Of a stretch of 64,000 nt of DNA, positions 11,452-21,237 are shown piece after piece. A model generated the notes under the pieces. The model worked only from the letters and a program-made list of their open reading frames with translations, made no database searches and had not been told where the DNA came from. The DNA comes from Candidatus Latescibacterota bacterium. Its GTDB lineage: Bacteria; Latescibacterota; UBA2968; GCA-2709665. Made by a program: the position numbers and the translations under genes. Within the stretch, counting starts at the first letter, position 1. The number at the start of each line of letters is the position of its first letter. The DNA lies in contig OZ242180.1 in assembly GCA_965205485.1 (NCBI GenBank), positions 4,608,001-4,672,000 of the forward strand, given 5' to 3'.

Positions 11452-12456
11452 ATGCACGCCATCACTGTTAACGGTCTCTCCAAGTACTACGCCGTTCCCG
11501 AACGCGAGGCCGGTCTGCGCGCCGCGGCAAAGAGCCTTGTCAAACGGAAAACGAGGACGGTCAAGGCCGTAGATGCGATCTCCTTCAGCGTCGACCCGGG
11601 TGAGGTCGTCGGCTTTCTCGGTCCCAACGGGGCGGGTAAGACCACCACGCTCAAGATGCTTTCCGGATTGCTATATCCCACGGACGGCACGGCGAAAGTT
11701 CTGGGTCATATTCCTCACCGGCGCGAAAGGGCTTTCCTCCGCGAGATCACGCTCGTGATGGGGCAGCGGAACCAGCTGATCTGGGACATCCCGATGATCG
11801 ACTCCCTCGAACGCAACCGGGCGGTCTATCGGATTTCGCGCGGGGACTACAGGGAAACCCTCGACGAACTGACCGAATTGCTCGAACTGGGGCCGCTTCT
11901 GCCGAAACCGGTCAGAAACCTGTCCCTCGGAGAGCGGATGAAGTGTGAGATCGCGGCGGCCCTGCTGCATCGTCCGGAGGTGCTCTTCCTGGACGAACCC
12001 ACCATCGGTCTCGACGTTACCATGCAGCGCCGGATCCGGAGCTTCGTTGAAGACTACAACCGGATGCATGGCGCGACCGTGCTGCTCACCAGCCATTATA
12101 TGGCCGACGTCGAAGCGCTTTGCAAGCGTGTCGTCGTCATCCACCACGGCCGGATTCTCTACGATGGCGCGCTTTCCGACCTTGTCACCCGGTTCTCCCC
12201 GCACAAGACCATCGACGTCGAACTCGAGACCGAAAACGCCGACCTCTCTCCGTACGGAGAAGTGGTGGAGGCCGCCGGGCTGCGCTACTCCCTGCGCGTG
12301 CCCAAGGAAGCCACGCCGCAGGTGACAGCGAGAATTCTGGGTGATTTACCCGTACTCGACCTGACCGTTGAGGACCCGCCCATCGAGGAAGTGATCGAGC
12401 AGGTCTTTTCCGTAGAAACCCCGGACGACGGGCCTTCGGACCCGCCCCAATCCTGA
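11452..12456 (+). CDS. ABC-2 type transporter ATP-binding protein
   Basis: Walker A GPNGAGKTT, signature LSLGERMK, Walker B LFLDEPT and TSH switch. Confidence 0.95.
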   Translation: MHAITVNGLSKYYAVPEREAGLRAAAKSLVKRKTRTVKAVDAISFSVDPGEVVGFLGPNGAGKTTTLKMLSGLLYPTDGTAKVLGHIPHRRERAFLREITLVMGQRNQLIWDIPMIDSLERNRAVYRISRGDYRETLDELTELLELGPLLPKPVRNLSLGERMKCEIAAALLHRPEVLFLDEPTIGLDVTMQRRIRSFVEDYNRMHGATVLLTSHYMADVEALCKRVVVIHHGRILYDGALSDLVTRFSPHKTIDVELETENADLSPYGEVVEAAGLRYSLRVPKEATPQVTARILGDLPVLDLTVEDPPIEEVIEQVFSVETPDDGPSDPPQS

Positions 12457-12509
12457 CGCCACCGCCCGTATCCGATCGGTATCGGAATATCCGGGCGCAA
12501 GAGACACGG

Positions 12510-13304
12510 ATGCTTTCGATTTACTGGGCATACCTGAAGACCACACTGGCACTTCAGTTTCAATATCGCGTCGCCATGGCGATCTGGATGATCGGCGGGC
12601 TTCTCGAACCGATGATCTATTGTGTCGTCTGGTCGACCGTGGCAATAGCCCGCGGCGGAGACGTGGCAGGTTACGACGCCGGTGAGTTCGCCGCGTATTA
12701 CATCGTCCTGATGGTCGTCAATATGTGGACGTTCACCTGGATCATGCACGAAATGGGTTATCGCGTCCAGCACGGCGAACTGTCGGCGATGCTCCTGAAG
12801 CCGATCCATCCCATCCATAGCGACATTGCCGACAACATCGGTTACAAGACCTTGACGTTGTGCGTGCTGATCCCGTCCGCGGCCGTGCTCTGCCTCCTCT
12901 TCAAACCCACGTTTCACTTTGAAGTTATCAGTGGGCTCCTCTTCGCGTTCTCATTGATCCTTGCCTATCTTCTCAGATTCTTCGTTGAGTGGGCACTCTC
13001 GCTCGTCGCGTTCTGGACAACCCGGACCGACGCGGTCAATCAGATGTATTTCTTCTTCGGCCTGTTTCTGTCGGGCAGAATCGCGCCGCTGGATCTGTTG
13101 CCGGGATGGGCCCGGGCGATCGCTGAGGCGCTGCCGTTCAAGTGGTCGGTCGCCTTTCCCGTTGAGCTTCTCCTCGGCAGGCTCGATTCGGCGCAGATCG
13201 AACGCGGATTCCTTATGCAACTTTTCTGGGTCGTCGCCGGATTCGCTATTTTCAAACTCGTATGGCGCCGGGGTGTCAGGAAATATTCCGCCGTGGGATC
13301 TTGA
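12510..13304 (+). CDS. ABC-2 family permease
   Basis: About six TM helices, GELSxxLLKPI and LSGRIAPLDLLP. Confidence 0.88.
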   Translation: MLSIYWAYLKTTLALQFQYRVAMAIWMIGGLLEPMIYCVVWSTVAIARGGDVAGYDAGEFAAYYIVLMVVNMWTFTWIMHEMGYRVQHGELSAMLLKPIHPIHSDIADNIGYKTLTLCVLIPSAAVLCLLFKPTFHFEVISGLLFAFSLILAYLLRFFVEWALSLVAFWTTRTDAVNQMYFFFGLFLSGRIAPLDLLPGWARAIAEALPFKWSVAFPVELLLGRLDSAQIERGFLMQLFWVVAGFAIFKLVWRRGVRKYSAVGS

Positions 13305-13331
13305 GAACGGCTTCGTCGCGGGGACTCGACC

Positions 13332-14117
13332 TTGCATAAGTTGATCGTGATATGGACTTTCCTGAAGATTGGCATTCTGAACGAACTCGCCTATCGTGTG
13401 AACTTCTACGTCCAGATTTTCCAGTCCGCGGTGAGCCTTGCACAGGCGCTCCTCGGCGTCTACGTGGTCTTTATGCACACGGAAACACTGGGCGACTGGA
13501 GATCCTACGATCTGCTCGCCCTGATCGGTGTGTTCGTGATTATCGGCGGTGCGATCTCCATCGTGATCCGGCCCAGTATGATGCAGTTGATGACGGACGT
13601 CCGGCGGGGAACGCTCGACTACATCCTCACGAAGCCGGAGGATGCACAGTTTCTGGTCAGCATCAGCCAGTTTCGAATCTGGAAGGCAACCGACTTCGTG
13701 CTGGGCGGAATTGTGCTGTCGTACGCCCTCTTCAAGAGGGGCACGGACGTCGGCGCCGTTGACACGCTCACGTTCGGCCTGGTCCTTCTGTGCGGCGCGG
13801 CCACGATCTACAGTTTTTTCCTGGTCCTGTCCACAATCTCATTCTGGTACATAAAGGTCGAAAACATTTTGAATATCTTCGATGCGATGGTCCAGGCCGG
13901 GCGCTGGCCCATCGGCATCTATCCCCACTGGCTTCGTTTCGTCCTTACGTTCATCGTTCCGGTCGCGTTCGCGGTCACGGTGCCGGCCCGGGCCCTCACC
14001 GGCCGGCTCGATTCGGAGTCGCTCACCGCCGCGATTCTCGTGGCGGCCGGTATGCTGACCGCCTCGCGTCTGTTCTGGCGGTGGGGGCTCCGCCACTATT
14101 CCGGCGCCTCGGCCTGA
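13332..14117 (+). CDS. ABC-2 family permease (second subunit)
   Basis: TM helices, GTLDYILTKP, RWPIGIYP and C-terminal GLRHYSGASA. Confidence 0.88.
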   Translation: MHKLIVIWTFLKIGILNELAYRVNFYVQIFQSAVSLAQALLGVYVVFMHTETLGDWRSYDLLALIGVFVIIGGAISIVIRPSMMQLMTDVRRGTLDYILTKPEDAQFLVSISQFRIWKATDFVLGGIVLSYALFKRGTDVGAVDTLTFGLVLLCGAATIYSFFLVLSTISFWYIKVENILNIFDAMVQAGRWPIGIYPHWLRFVLTFIVPVAFAVTVPARALTGRLDSESLTAAILVAAGMLTASRLFWRWGLRHYSGASA

Positions 14118-14317
14118 GTGAACCTCGGGCCGTCCAACAGGAAATCCTCACGGTGAGCCGCACGTTCGGTGAGGACCCCACCGGCGCAACTTGCAGAAAT
14201 CACTTGCGCGTCTGACGGGTTTGGCGCACAATTAACGGGCAATCGCAGCGGCCGGTCCGCCGGTGAGTATGTCCGGCCATCAACCATTGGCATCCCCTGT
14301 AAACCAGGAGTTGTACT

Positions 14318-14713
14318 ATGTCCGAGAAGAAGGTCAAGTCGTTCGCCGCTCACGCCAAAGACGCCAGTTGGGCGCACGAGGGTTTGCGTCCCTATTTCAC
14401 CTATCGGGACCTGGGCATCAAGGACGCTACGGAGGGTAAAGTTCTGGCGCACATTATCCGCGCCCACGAACCATGTACCGGACCGCTGGGCTATCACTCA
14501 CACGATCTGGACTTTCAAATGGTCTATCTGATCAACGGATGGGCCCGCCTCTACTTCGAGGACATCGGCGAGATCCGGGTCGAAGCGGGTGACGCGTGGT
14601 ACCAGCCACCCGGTATCCGGCATGAAGTTCTCGAATACTCCGATGACTGGGAAGTGATCGAAATCACCATGCCTGCCGAATTTGACACCCACGACGAAGA
14701 GCGCCAGGGATAG
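14318..14713 (+). CDS. Cupin domain protein
   Basis: HSH...GW and GD...QPPGIRH cupin motifs; CAGGAG RBS. Confidence 0.88.
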   Translation: MSEKKVKSFAAHAKDASWAHEGLRPYFTYRDLGIKDATEGKVLAHIIRAHEPCTGPLGYHSHDLDFQMVYLINGWARLYFEDIGEIRVEAGDAWYQPPGIRHEVLEYSDDWEVIEITMPAEFDTHDEERQG

Positions 14714-14715
14714 AC

Positions 14716-15594
14716 ATGAGAGTCGGGTTCATCGGTCTCGGGAATATGGGACAGCCGATGGCGGCCAATATCCTCGATGCCGGTCACACGCTGACCATTC
14801 ACGACATACGCCGTCAGACCGGCCGCGACCTCGAGGCGGCGGGCGCCGTGTGGGCTGAAAACCCGACGGCGGTCGCGGTTCGATCCGAAGTGGTATTAAC
14901 CTCCCTGCCCGGCACCGGTGCGGTCGAGCAGGTCGCGACGGGTGCAAACGGAGTGTTTTCCGGCCTGGCCAAAGGAACGACCTACGTCGACACCAGCACC
15001 ATCGCGCCGTCCGCCATGCGCCGCATTTGCGCCGCGGGGACGGATCAGGGTTTGCACGTACTCGAGGCGCCGGTCAGCGGCGGCATCCACGGCGCGCAGG
15101 ATGCTGCGCTTACTCTGTTCGTGGGTGGTAACGCGGAGGATCTGGAGCGGGTGAGGCCGGTGTTGGAGGCTATCGGCGCCAGGATCGTCCACGTGGGACC
15201 GGCCGGATCCGGTAATGCGATCAAGCTGATCAACAACCTGATGATGTTCGTCAACTTCATCGGTGCGTGCGAGGGTGTGGCGATGAGCGCCAGGGCCGGG
15301 ATCGATCTGCGCCTTTTTCTGGATGCAATAGAGTCGAGTATGGGACAAAGCAGGATATTTGAACGCACCGTTTCGCTCTTCCTGGACAGCGGTCGAATGG
15401 GCGCGACCACCGATCTGGCGGTGAAGGATCTGCGCCTGGGGATTGAGCTTGGATCGGAGCTCGGGGTGCCCCTGGAGGTCGGCCCGCTGGTCAGAGACCT
15501 CATCGTCCGGTTCCGTGATGAGGGTGACCGGGGCCAGGATGAGTTTACCGACATGATACCCGATCTGCTTCGGCGTTCGGGCGTCGACGTTTGA
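14716..15594 (+). CDS. NAD(P)-dependent beta-hydroxyacid dehydrogenase (3-hydroxyisobutyrate dehydrogenase family)
   Basis: Motifs GFIGLGNMG, EAPVSGG and GSGNAIKLINN. Confidence 0.92.
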   Translation: MRVGFIGLGNMGQPMAANILDAGHTLTIHDIRRQTGRDLEAAGAVWAENPTAVAVRSEVVLTSLPGTGAVEQVATGANGVFSGLAKGTTYVDTSTIAPSAMRRICAAGTDQGLHVLEAPVSGGIHGAQDAALTLFVGGNAEDLERVRPVLEAIGARIVHVGPAGSGNAIKLINNLMMFVNFIGACEGVAMSARAGIDLRLFLDAIESSMGQSRIFERTVSLFLDSGRMGATTDLAVKDLRLGIELGSELGVPLEVGPLVRDLIVRFRDEGDRGQDEFTDMIPDLLRRSGVDV

Positions 15595-15660
15595 TGGATC
15601 GGCGCCGCCGCATCGCGATGAGCGCGCGCAAGACACCACCCTTCACCATTGAGTACTTCC

Positions 15661-16791
15661 ATGAAAATCTGCATCGTCGGCGCGGGAATCTTCGGCATGG
15701 CCGCGGCGCTGGAACTCCGCGAACGGGGACACGAGGTATCGCTGTTCGAGCGCGGGAAGATCCCCAATCCGGAGGCATCCAGTACGGATGTGTCCAAGGT
15801 GATCAGGCGTACGAACTATCCGAACCCGGTTTACGTGGAACTCGTCACCCGGGCCGCGTCCCAATGGCGGGAGTGGCACAACCGCACGAGCAAATCGATT
15901 TACTTCCAGTACGGCACGCTGATCGTGTCACGCGACCTGGAAGCGAATCACGAAACCCACACGGGATGGGAGACCCTGAACCGGATGGGGAAGGACGTCT
16001 ACGAACTCACGGCCGGCCAGGTCCGTGAACGGTTTCCACAGTTCACCGTGAGCGACGAGGACAGTCTCTTCTTCGATCCCTGGGCGGGCTATCTGCGCAG
16101 CGGCCAGGCACTGGAGGACCTTGCGAAGCTGGCGGATGAAGCGGGTGTGACGATCCGCGAAAACGCCCAGGTCACGGCGGTTGAAGACACGCGGTCCGGC
16201 GCCCGGGTCCGTACGGAAACCGGCTGGCAGAACTGCGACCGTGTCGTGGTGGCGGCCGGACCATGGGTGGCCGAACTCCTGCCCGCCATGAAGAGAGTCG
16301 TGCGCATTACGCGGCAGCAGATGGCCTTCTTTGCGCCGGAGGACCCGACGCCGTTCGAGCGCGGTCGTTTTCCGGTCTGGATGGTCTTTTCACCCGGCAA
16401 CCTCTGGTACGGGTTCCCCCATCTGCACGAGGGGTTCGTGAAGGTGGCGGAAGACAGCAAGTGGGACGACGCCGACGTGGACGTCTCCCGGGAGCCGACC
16501 GACGAATTTCTGGCCTGGGCACGGGAGTTCGTTGCGCGTCGCATACCCGGCCTGAGCGCTGCGCCCCTGGTTGGCGGCAGGTCGTGCCTGTATACCAATA
16601 TGGCCAATATGGAGGACGAGGAGTTCGTCATCGATTGGTCCCGGGGTTGCGAACGGGTGCTGATCGCGGGCTGCGGATGCGGCCACGGGTTTAAGTTCGG
16701 CGGCGCCATCGGGCCCGTCATCGCGGATGCGGTGGAAGACCGGGAGAACCCGCTGGGCGATCTTTTCAGGATTGGAAACCGCTTCGACTGA
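15661..16791 (+). CDS. FAD-dependent amine oxidase (monomeric sarcosine oxidase / fructosyl-amino-acid oxidase family)
   Basis: Motifs VGAGIFG, SSTDVSKVIR, SCLYT (putative flavinylated Cys) and GHGFKF. Confidence 0.88.
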   Translation: MKICIVGAGIFGMAAALELRERGHEVSLFERGKIPNPEASSTDVSKVIRRTNYPNPVYVELVTRAASQWREWHNRTSKSIYFQYGTLIVSRDLEANHETHTGWETLNRMGKDVYELTAGQVRERFPQFTVSDEDSLFFDPWAGYLRSGQALEDLAKLADEAGVTIRENAQVTAVEDTRSGARVRTETGWQNCDRVVVAAGPWVAELLPAMKRVVRITRQQMAFFAPEDPTPFERGRFPVWMVFSPGNLWYGFPHLHEGFVKVAEDSKWDDADVDVSREPTDEFLAWAREFVARRIPGLSAAPLVGGRSCLYTNMANMEDEEFVIDWSRGCERVLIAGCGCGHGFKFGGAIGPVIADAVEDRENPLGDLFRIGNRFD

Positions 16792-16803
16792 GGGAACGAG
16801 CCG

Positions 16804-17811
16804 ATGGCATTCAAACCGAGACTAGTCTACGACGATGCGCTGGTGATCGACGGATTGAGCGTGTGCAACTGGAATAGCGATGCCGTTTTCCGGCAGCTGC
16901 GGGCGGGCAATTTCACGGCAATCAACGCCACCGTCTCAACGTGGGAGAACTTCATCCAGACCATGGCTCATCTCACGGCGTGGATGCGGCGGTTCCGGGA
17001 ACGCGACGACATCCTGCAGGTGAAATCGACGGCGGATATACACGCGGCCAAGCAGCAGGACAGGACCGGGATTATCCTGGGATTCCAGAACGCCTCGCCG
17101 ATCGAGAACGAACTGGATCGCCTCGGCCTTTTTCTCGCGCTTGGGGTGAGGGTGATTCAACTGACGTACCACGAGACCAACCTTCTCGGCAGCGGCTGCT
17201 GGGAGCGGAACGACGCCGGTCTCAGCAATTTCGGCGTGGATGCGGTGCAGGAGATGAACCGGCTGGGTATCCTCATCGATCTGTCACACGTGGGTCCGCA
17301 AACGACGCTGGACGCCATCGAAATGTCGGAGAAACCTGTCGCCATCACCCATGCCAATGCCCGCAGCTTCTTCGACCATCCGCGAAACAAGGAAGAGGAA
17401 GCGTTGAAACGCCTGGCCGAAAAAGGGGGCGTGGTGGGCGCGACTTCGTACACGCCTTTCCTGCCAAAGGGGTACGATTCTACCGCAGAGGATTTCGTCG
17501 ACGCGATCGACAATATGGTGGAAAGGATCGGCATCGACCACGTCGCCATCGGCACCGACTCCACCCACGAACAACCCCTCGGATTCTGGCACTATATCGC
17601 GGCGCAGCAGGGAACCAAATTCCCGTCCACGTTCGCTGACGGTTCCATCCCGTACACCGAAGTGAGTTTTCAGCCCAGGGGTATGGCCACACTGCCCGAG
17701 TTCCCCAACGTCGCGGACGCGCTCGCCAACCGTGGATACAACGCCGCGGAGATCACAAAGCTGCTTGGCGGCAACTGGATGCGCCTGTTCGAACAGGTGT
17801 GGAACGACTGA
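16804..17811 (+). CDS. Membrane dipeptidase family (M19) amidohydrolase
   Basis: Motifs LGFQNA, QLTY, GILIDLSHVG, THAN, HPRNK and IGTD. Confidence 0.9.
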   Translation: MAFKPRLVYDDALVIDGLSVCNWNSDAVFRQLRAGNFTAINATVSTWENFIQTMAHLTAWMRRFRERDDILQVKSTADIHAAKQQDRTGIILGFQNASPIENELDRLGLFLALGVRVIQLTYHETNLLGSGCWERNDAGLSNFGVDAVQEMNRLGILIDLSHVGPQTTLDAIEMSEKPVAITHANARSFFDHPRNKEEEALKRLAEKGGVVGATSYTPFLPKGYDSTAEDFVDAIDNMVERIGIDHVAIGTDSTHEQPLGFWHYIAAQQGTKFPSTFADGSIPYTEVSFQPRGMATLPEFPNVADALANRGYNAAEITKLLGGNWMRLFEQVWND

Positions 17812-17945
17812 AGAGCCAGCAGGATCGAGACCTGCCCCTGCGTCGCGCTGGATTCCGCTTCCTGATCCCTGCCCTCACCCATGTTCCCTGTTCACCGGAT
17901 TGACCGTGTTGTCGAACGACCAAGCCGCACATTTGATATTCCTCG

Positions 17946-17981
17946 TTGCACGTTGTCATACAATGTGATATATTGTAATAC
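17946..17981 (+). promoter_or_regulatory. TA promoter with overlapping palindromic operators
   Basis: TTGCAC-N17-TATATT, overlapped by the near-palindromes TTGTCATACAA and TGTAATACA. Confidence 0.65.
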
Positions 17982-18215
17982 ATGAATACGACACTCACAG
18001 TACGCACCGATCGGACCATGCGTGAGGCGCTGGAAGAACGCGCTCAGGCGCAGGGATTGACGGTTTCAGAACTGGTGCGTCGGTTGCTTGAAGAAGCCAT
18101 ATCGGAACGTCCGCTGGCGCAGCGCGTCGGGCATCTGAGGGGGCGTCTGGAACTCTCCGACCCCGGCGCCGACGCGTGGCGAAACCGACTGCGTGAACGG
18201 AACTGGCGCGCATGA
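17982..18215 (+). CDS. CopG/ribbon-helix-helix antitoxin
   Basis: TTLTVRTD...LEERA...TVSELVRRLL pattern; ATGA overlap with the PIN gene. Confidence 0.85.
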   Translation: MNTTLTVRTDRTMREALEERAQAQGLTVSELVRRLLEEAISERPLAQRVGHLRGRLELSDPGADAWRNRLRERNWRA

Positions 18216-18631
18216 CGTCCTGGCTGCTGGACACCGGTCCGCTGGTCGCCTATCTGAATGCCGCGGATCCCGCACACCGGGAAGCGGGGGATGCGCTCGA
18301 CGGCTTTAGCGGACAACTCTGTACGACCGCCGCGGTCATCACCGAAGCGATGCATTTCGTGGCGGGAAGCCGGTCCGGACCCCGCCTGCTCACGGAATTC
18401 GTCACGACCGCTCGTATCCGGGTATTCGATTTCGCTCAGCCCGCCGCGCTTCGCAGGTGCGCGATGCTCATGGAAAAATACGCGGACACACCGATGGACT
18501 ATGCCGACGCCACCCTCGTGCTCCTGGCCGAACACATCAGATGTTTCGATATCCTCACCCTGGATCGCCGCGGCTTTTCCACCTATCGATCCAGTGAGAA
18601 TCGCGGCTTCCGCCTGGTACTTGATTCCTGA
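18212..18631 (+). CDS. vapC: PIN-domain toxin (VapC family)
   Basis: Acidic PIN residues in LLDTGPLVA, ITEA, MDYADA and TLDRRGF. Confidence 0.9.
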   Translation: MTSWLLDTGPLVAYLNAADPAHREAGDALDGFSGQLCTTAAVITEAMHFVAGSRSGPRLLTEFVTTARIRVFDFAQPAALRRCAMLMEKYADTPMDYADATLVLLAEHIRCFDILTLDRRGFSTYRSSENRGFRLVLDS

Positions 18632-18716
18632 TAAACGTAGAATAAATGCAACACCGACGCCGGTAGTCTGATTCCGGTTCACGGTACCTCCATAGCGGCT
18701 GGAGACTCAATCCTCA

Positions 18717-21221
18717 TTGACTGCTATGTATCGCGGGGATGTTCAGAGATTCGATGGGATAGTGCGATCTTCTTCCGAGAAACCGGGTGCTTCTTCGGCG
18801 GCCCGGGCGTTCTTCCCGGCAATACGCGTCATTGTTACGGTTCTCGTACTGGGTACCGCTCCGGACGCCCTCGCGCAGCCCGCGGCGGAACACACCGTCA
18901 GCGGGTATGTCTCGGATGCCTCGAACGGAGAGAAGCTGATCGGCGCCTCATTGTACGAACCCGCCCTGCGGGTAGGCGCCACGACGAATCGCTACGGTTT
19001 CTTCAGTCTGACCCTGCCTGCGGACTCGCTTCAGATTGTCGTTTCCTACATCGGGTTTCACAGCGATACCCTTTCGATCCGTCTGAACCGCGACCTGCGG
19101 TTGGATTTCGCCCTGACGCCGATTCCCCTTGAATTGCAGACATTAGACGTGCAGGCCGAACGGCTTGATCCGATCCAGGAACAGACACGGATGGGTGTTG
19201 TCGACGTTCCTGTCAGCCAGATTGAGAATGCTCCGGCCCTTCTGGGCGAAGTCGATCTGATGAAGACCATGCAGCTTCTTCCGGGGGTCCAGTCCGGCGC
19301 AGAAGGCACGAGCGGCCTCTACGTTCGCGGCGGCGGTCCGGATCAGAACCTGATCCTGCTCGACGACGCCCCGGTGTACAACGCTTCGCACCTTTTCGGT
19401 TTCTTCTCGGTCTTCAACTCCAGCGCGATCAAGAATGTACAGCTTACAAAAGCCGGGTTTCCGGCGCGATTCGGCGGCCGCCTTTCTTCGGTTATGGAGG
19501 TTGCCATGAAGGACGGCAATATGCAGGCGTTCGAAGTGGAAGGTTCCATCGGCCTGGTCGCTTCTCAGGTGACCTTACAAGGACCGATACGCAAGGACCG
19601 AACGTCATTCATCATTTCGGCGCGACGGACGTATATCGATCTGCTGATCCGTCCCTTTCTGGATACCGGCGAGCGGGGAGGCTATTTTTTTTATGATATC
19701 AATGCCAAAGTCAACCACATCCTGTCGCCCCGAAATCGTATTTTCCTGAGCTTCTACGGTGGCGACGACCGTTTCTGGAGTGACATAGAGGACGAGTACA
19801 TCTCCGGAGCCTATCGAAGCGAGCAGACGACGTCGGCGGATTTCGGCTGGGGCAACTTCACCTCGACGGTGCGCTGGAACATTCTCTTCAACAACCGGTT
19901 ATTCGGCAATCTCACCGGGATCTTCAGTCGCTATAAACTTACCTCGGACATCGACGATAGCTCCACAACCCGAGACGAGGACGTACACGAGAACGAGACG
20001 CTGAGTCTCCGCTACCACTCGGGCATCCGCGACTTCGGCCTTAAGCTGGACCTCGACTACGTTCCCAATCCGGACCACTATATCCGCTTCGGCGGCAACG
20101 GCACGTACCACACCTACAGCCCCGGAGCGGCCCAGTACAGATTCGATCCCGCCAGCGGCGCACCGGAGGATACGACACTTGGCGCTGCCCGGGCGACAGA
20201 CGCCCTGGAGTTCGGACTCTACCTGGAGGACGACGTCCGTCTGTCAACGCGGCTGAGCGCCAACGTGGGCCTTCACGCCTCCGGATTTTCCGTGGGCAGT
20301 TCGCTCTTCGGATCGTTGCAGCCCAGAGTTTCGACGCGTTTTCTGATGAATCCGCGGTGGGCCCTGAAAGCGTCCTACGCCCGGATGCGCCAGTATATTC
20401 ACCTCCTCTCCAACAGCACAATCGGGCTCCCCACCGACCTGTGGCTCCCGGCCACCGATCGTGTGCGTCCTGAGGGTTCGCGCCAGTTCGGCCTCGGCCT
20501 TGCTGGCACGTTGAAACAGGGACGGTACGAACTCAGCCTGGAGGCCTATTACAAGGCAATGACCGATCTCATTGAATACAGGGAAGGCGCGACTTTTCTG
20601 GCGGGGTTCGGGGAACACCAGGACTGGCAGGACAAGGTGGAAACAGGGCGTGGCTGGTCTTACGGCGTCGAAGCGTTTGTGCAAAGGAAACGCGGCCGCA
20701 CCACAGGCTGGATCGGATACACCCTTTCATGGACGAGACGGCGTTTTGTCCAACTGAATGAGGGGCGTGCATTCCCGTTTCGGTACGACCGCCGGCACGA
20801 CGTCGCGCTGGTCCTGAACCATCGTCTGACGCGTATCACGAATGCCTCGTTGAACTGGGTGTATGGAACCGGAAACGCAATCACCATTCCGGTCGCCCGT
20901 TACTATGATGAATACGTCAGAGGATCGATTGGCGGACACGAGATTTGGACTCCCAGCGTGCTGCCGTATGAAGCCAGGATCTACGAGGACCGCAACGGCT
21001 TCCGAATGTCTGCATATCATCGCATCGATATCGGTTTCAACTTTGACTGGCGCAGACACGGATTCCGCGTGGGCGCCTACAATGCTTACAACAGAAAGAA
21101 CCCATTTTTCATTTATTTCGACGATTACTATGACTCCGGAACGGATTCAAGGGAGTACCGGGCGAAACAGGTCACGCTTTTTCCGGTTCTGCCATGGATC
21201 AGTTACCGGTTCAAGTTGTGA
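18717..21221 (+). CDS. TonB-dependent receptor with N-terminal carboxypeptidase-regulatory-like domain
   Basis: Motifs TVSGYVSD..GE.LIGA, TNRYGFFSL, VRGGGPDQNLILLD, HLFGFFS and GGRLSS. Start is uncertain. Confidence 0.9.
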   Translation: MTAMYRGDVQRFDGIVRSSSEKPGASSAARAFFPAIRVIVTVLVLGTAPDALAQPAAEHTVSGYVSDASNGEKLIGASLYEPALRVGATTNRYGFFSLTLPADSLQIVVSYIGFHSDTLSIRLNRDLRLDFALTPIPLELQTLDVQAERLDPIQEQTRMGVVDVPVSQIENAPALLGEVDLMKTMQLLPGVQSGAEGTSGLYVRGGGPDQNLILLDDAPVYNASHLFGFFSVFNSSAIKNVQLTKAGFPARFGGRLSSVMEVAMKDGNMQAFEVEGSIGLVASQVTLQGPIRKDRTSFIISARRTYIDLLIRPFLDTGERGGYFFYDINAKVNHILSPRNRIFLSFYGGDDRFWSDIEDEYISGAYRSEQTTSADFGWGNFTSTVRWNILFNNRLFGNLTGIFSRYKLTSDIDDSSTTRDEDVHENETLSLRYHSGIRDFGLKLDLDYVPNPDHYIRFGGNGTYHTYSPGAAQYRFDPASGAPEDTTLGAARATDALEFGLYLEDDVRLSTRLSANVGLHASGFSVGSSLFGSLQPRVSTRFLMNPRWALKASYARMRQYIHLLSNSTIGLPTDLWLPATDRVRPEGSRQFGLGLAGTLKQGRYELSLEAYYKAMTDLIEYREGATFLAGFGEHQDWQDKVETGRGWSYGVEAFVQRKRGRTTGWIGYTLSWTRRRFVQLNEGRAFPFRYDRRHDVALVLNHRLTRITNASLNWVYGTGNAITIPVARYYDEYVRGSIGGHEIWTPSVLPYEARIYEDRNGFRMSAYHRIDIGFNFDWRRHGFRVGAYNAYNRKNPFFIYFDDYYDSGTDSREYRAKQVTLFPVLPWISYRFKL

Positions 21222-21237
21222 AGAGCGACGCGACTCA

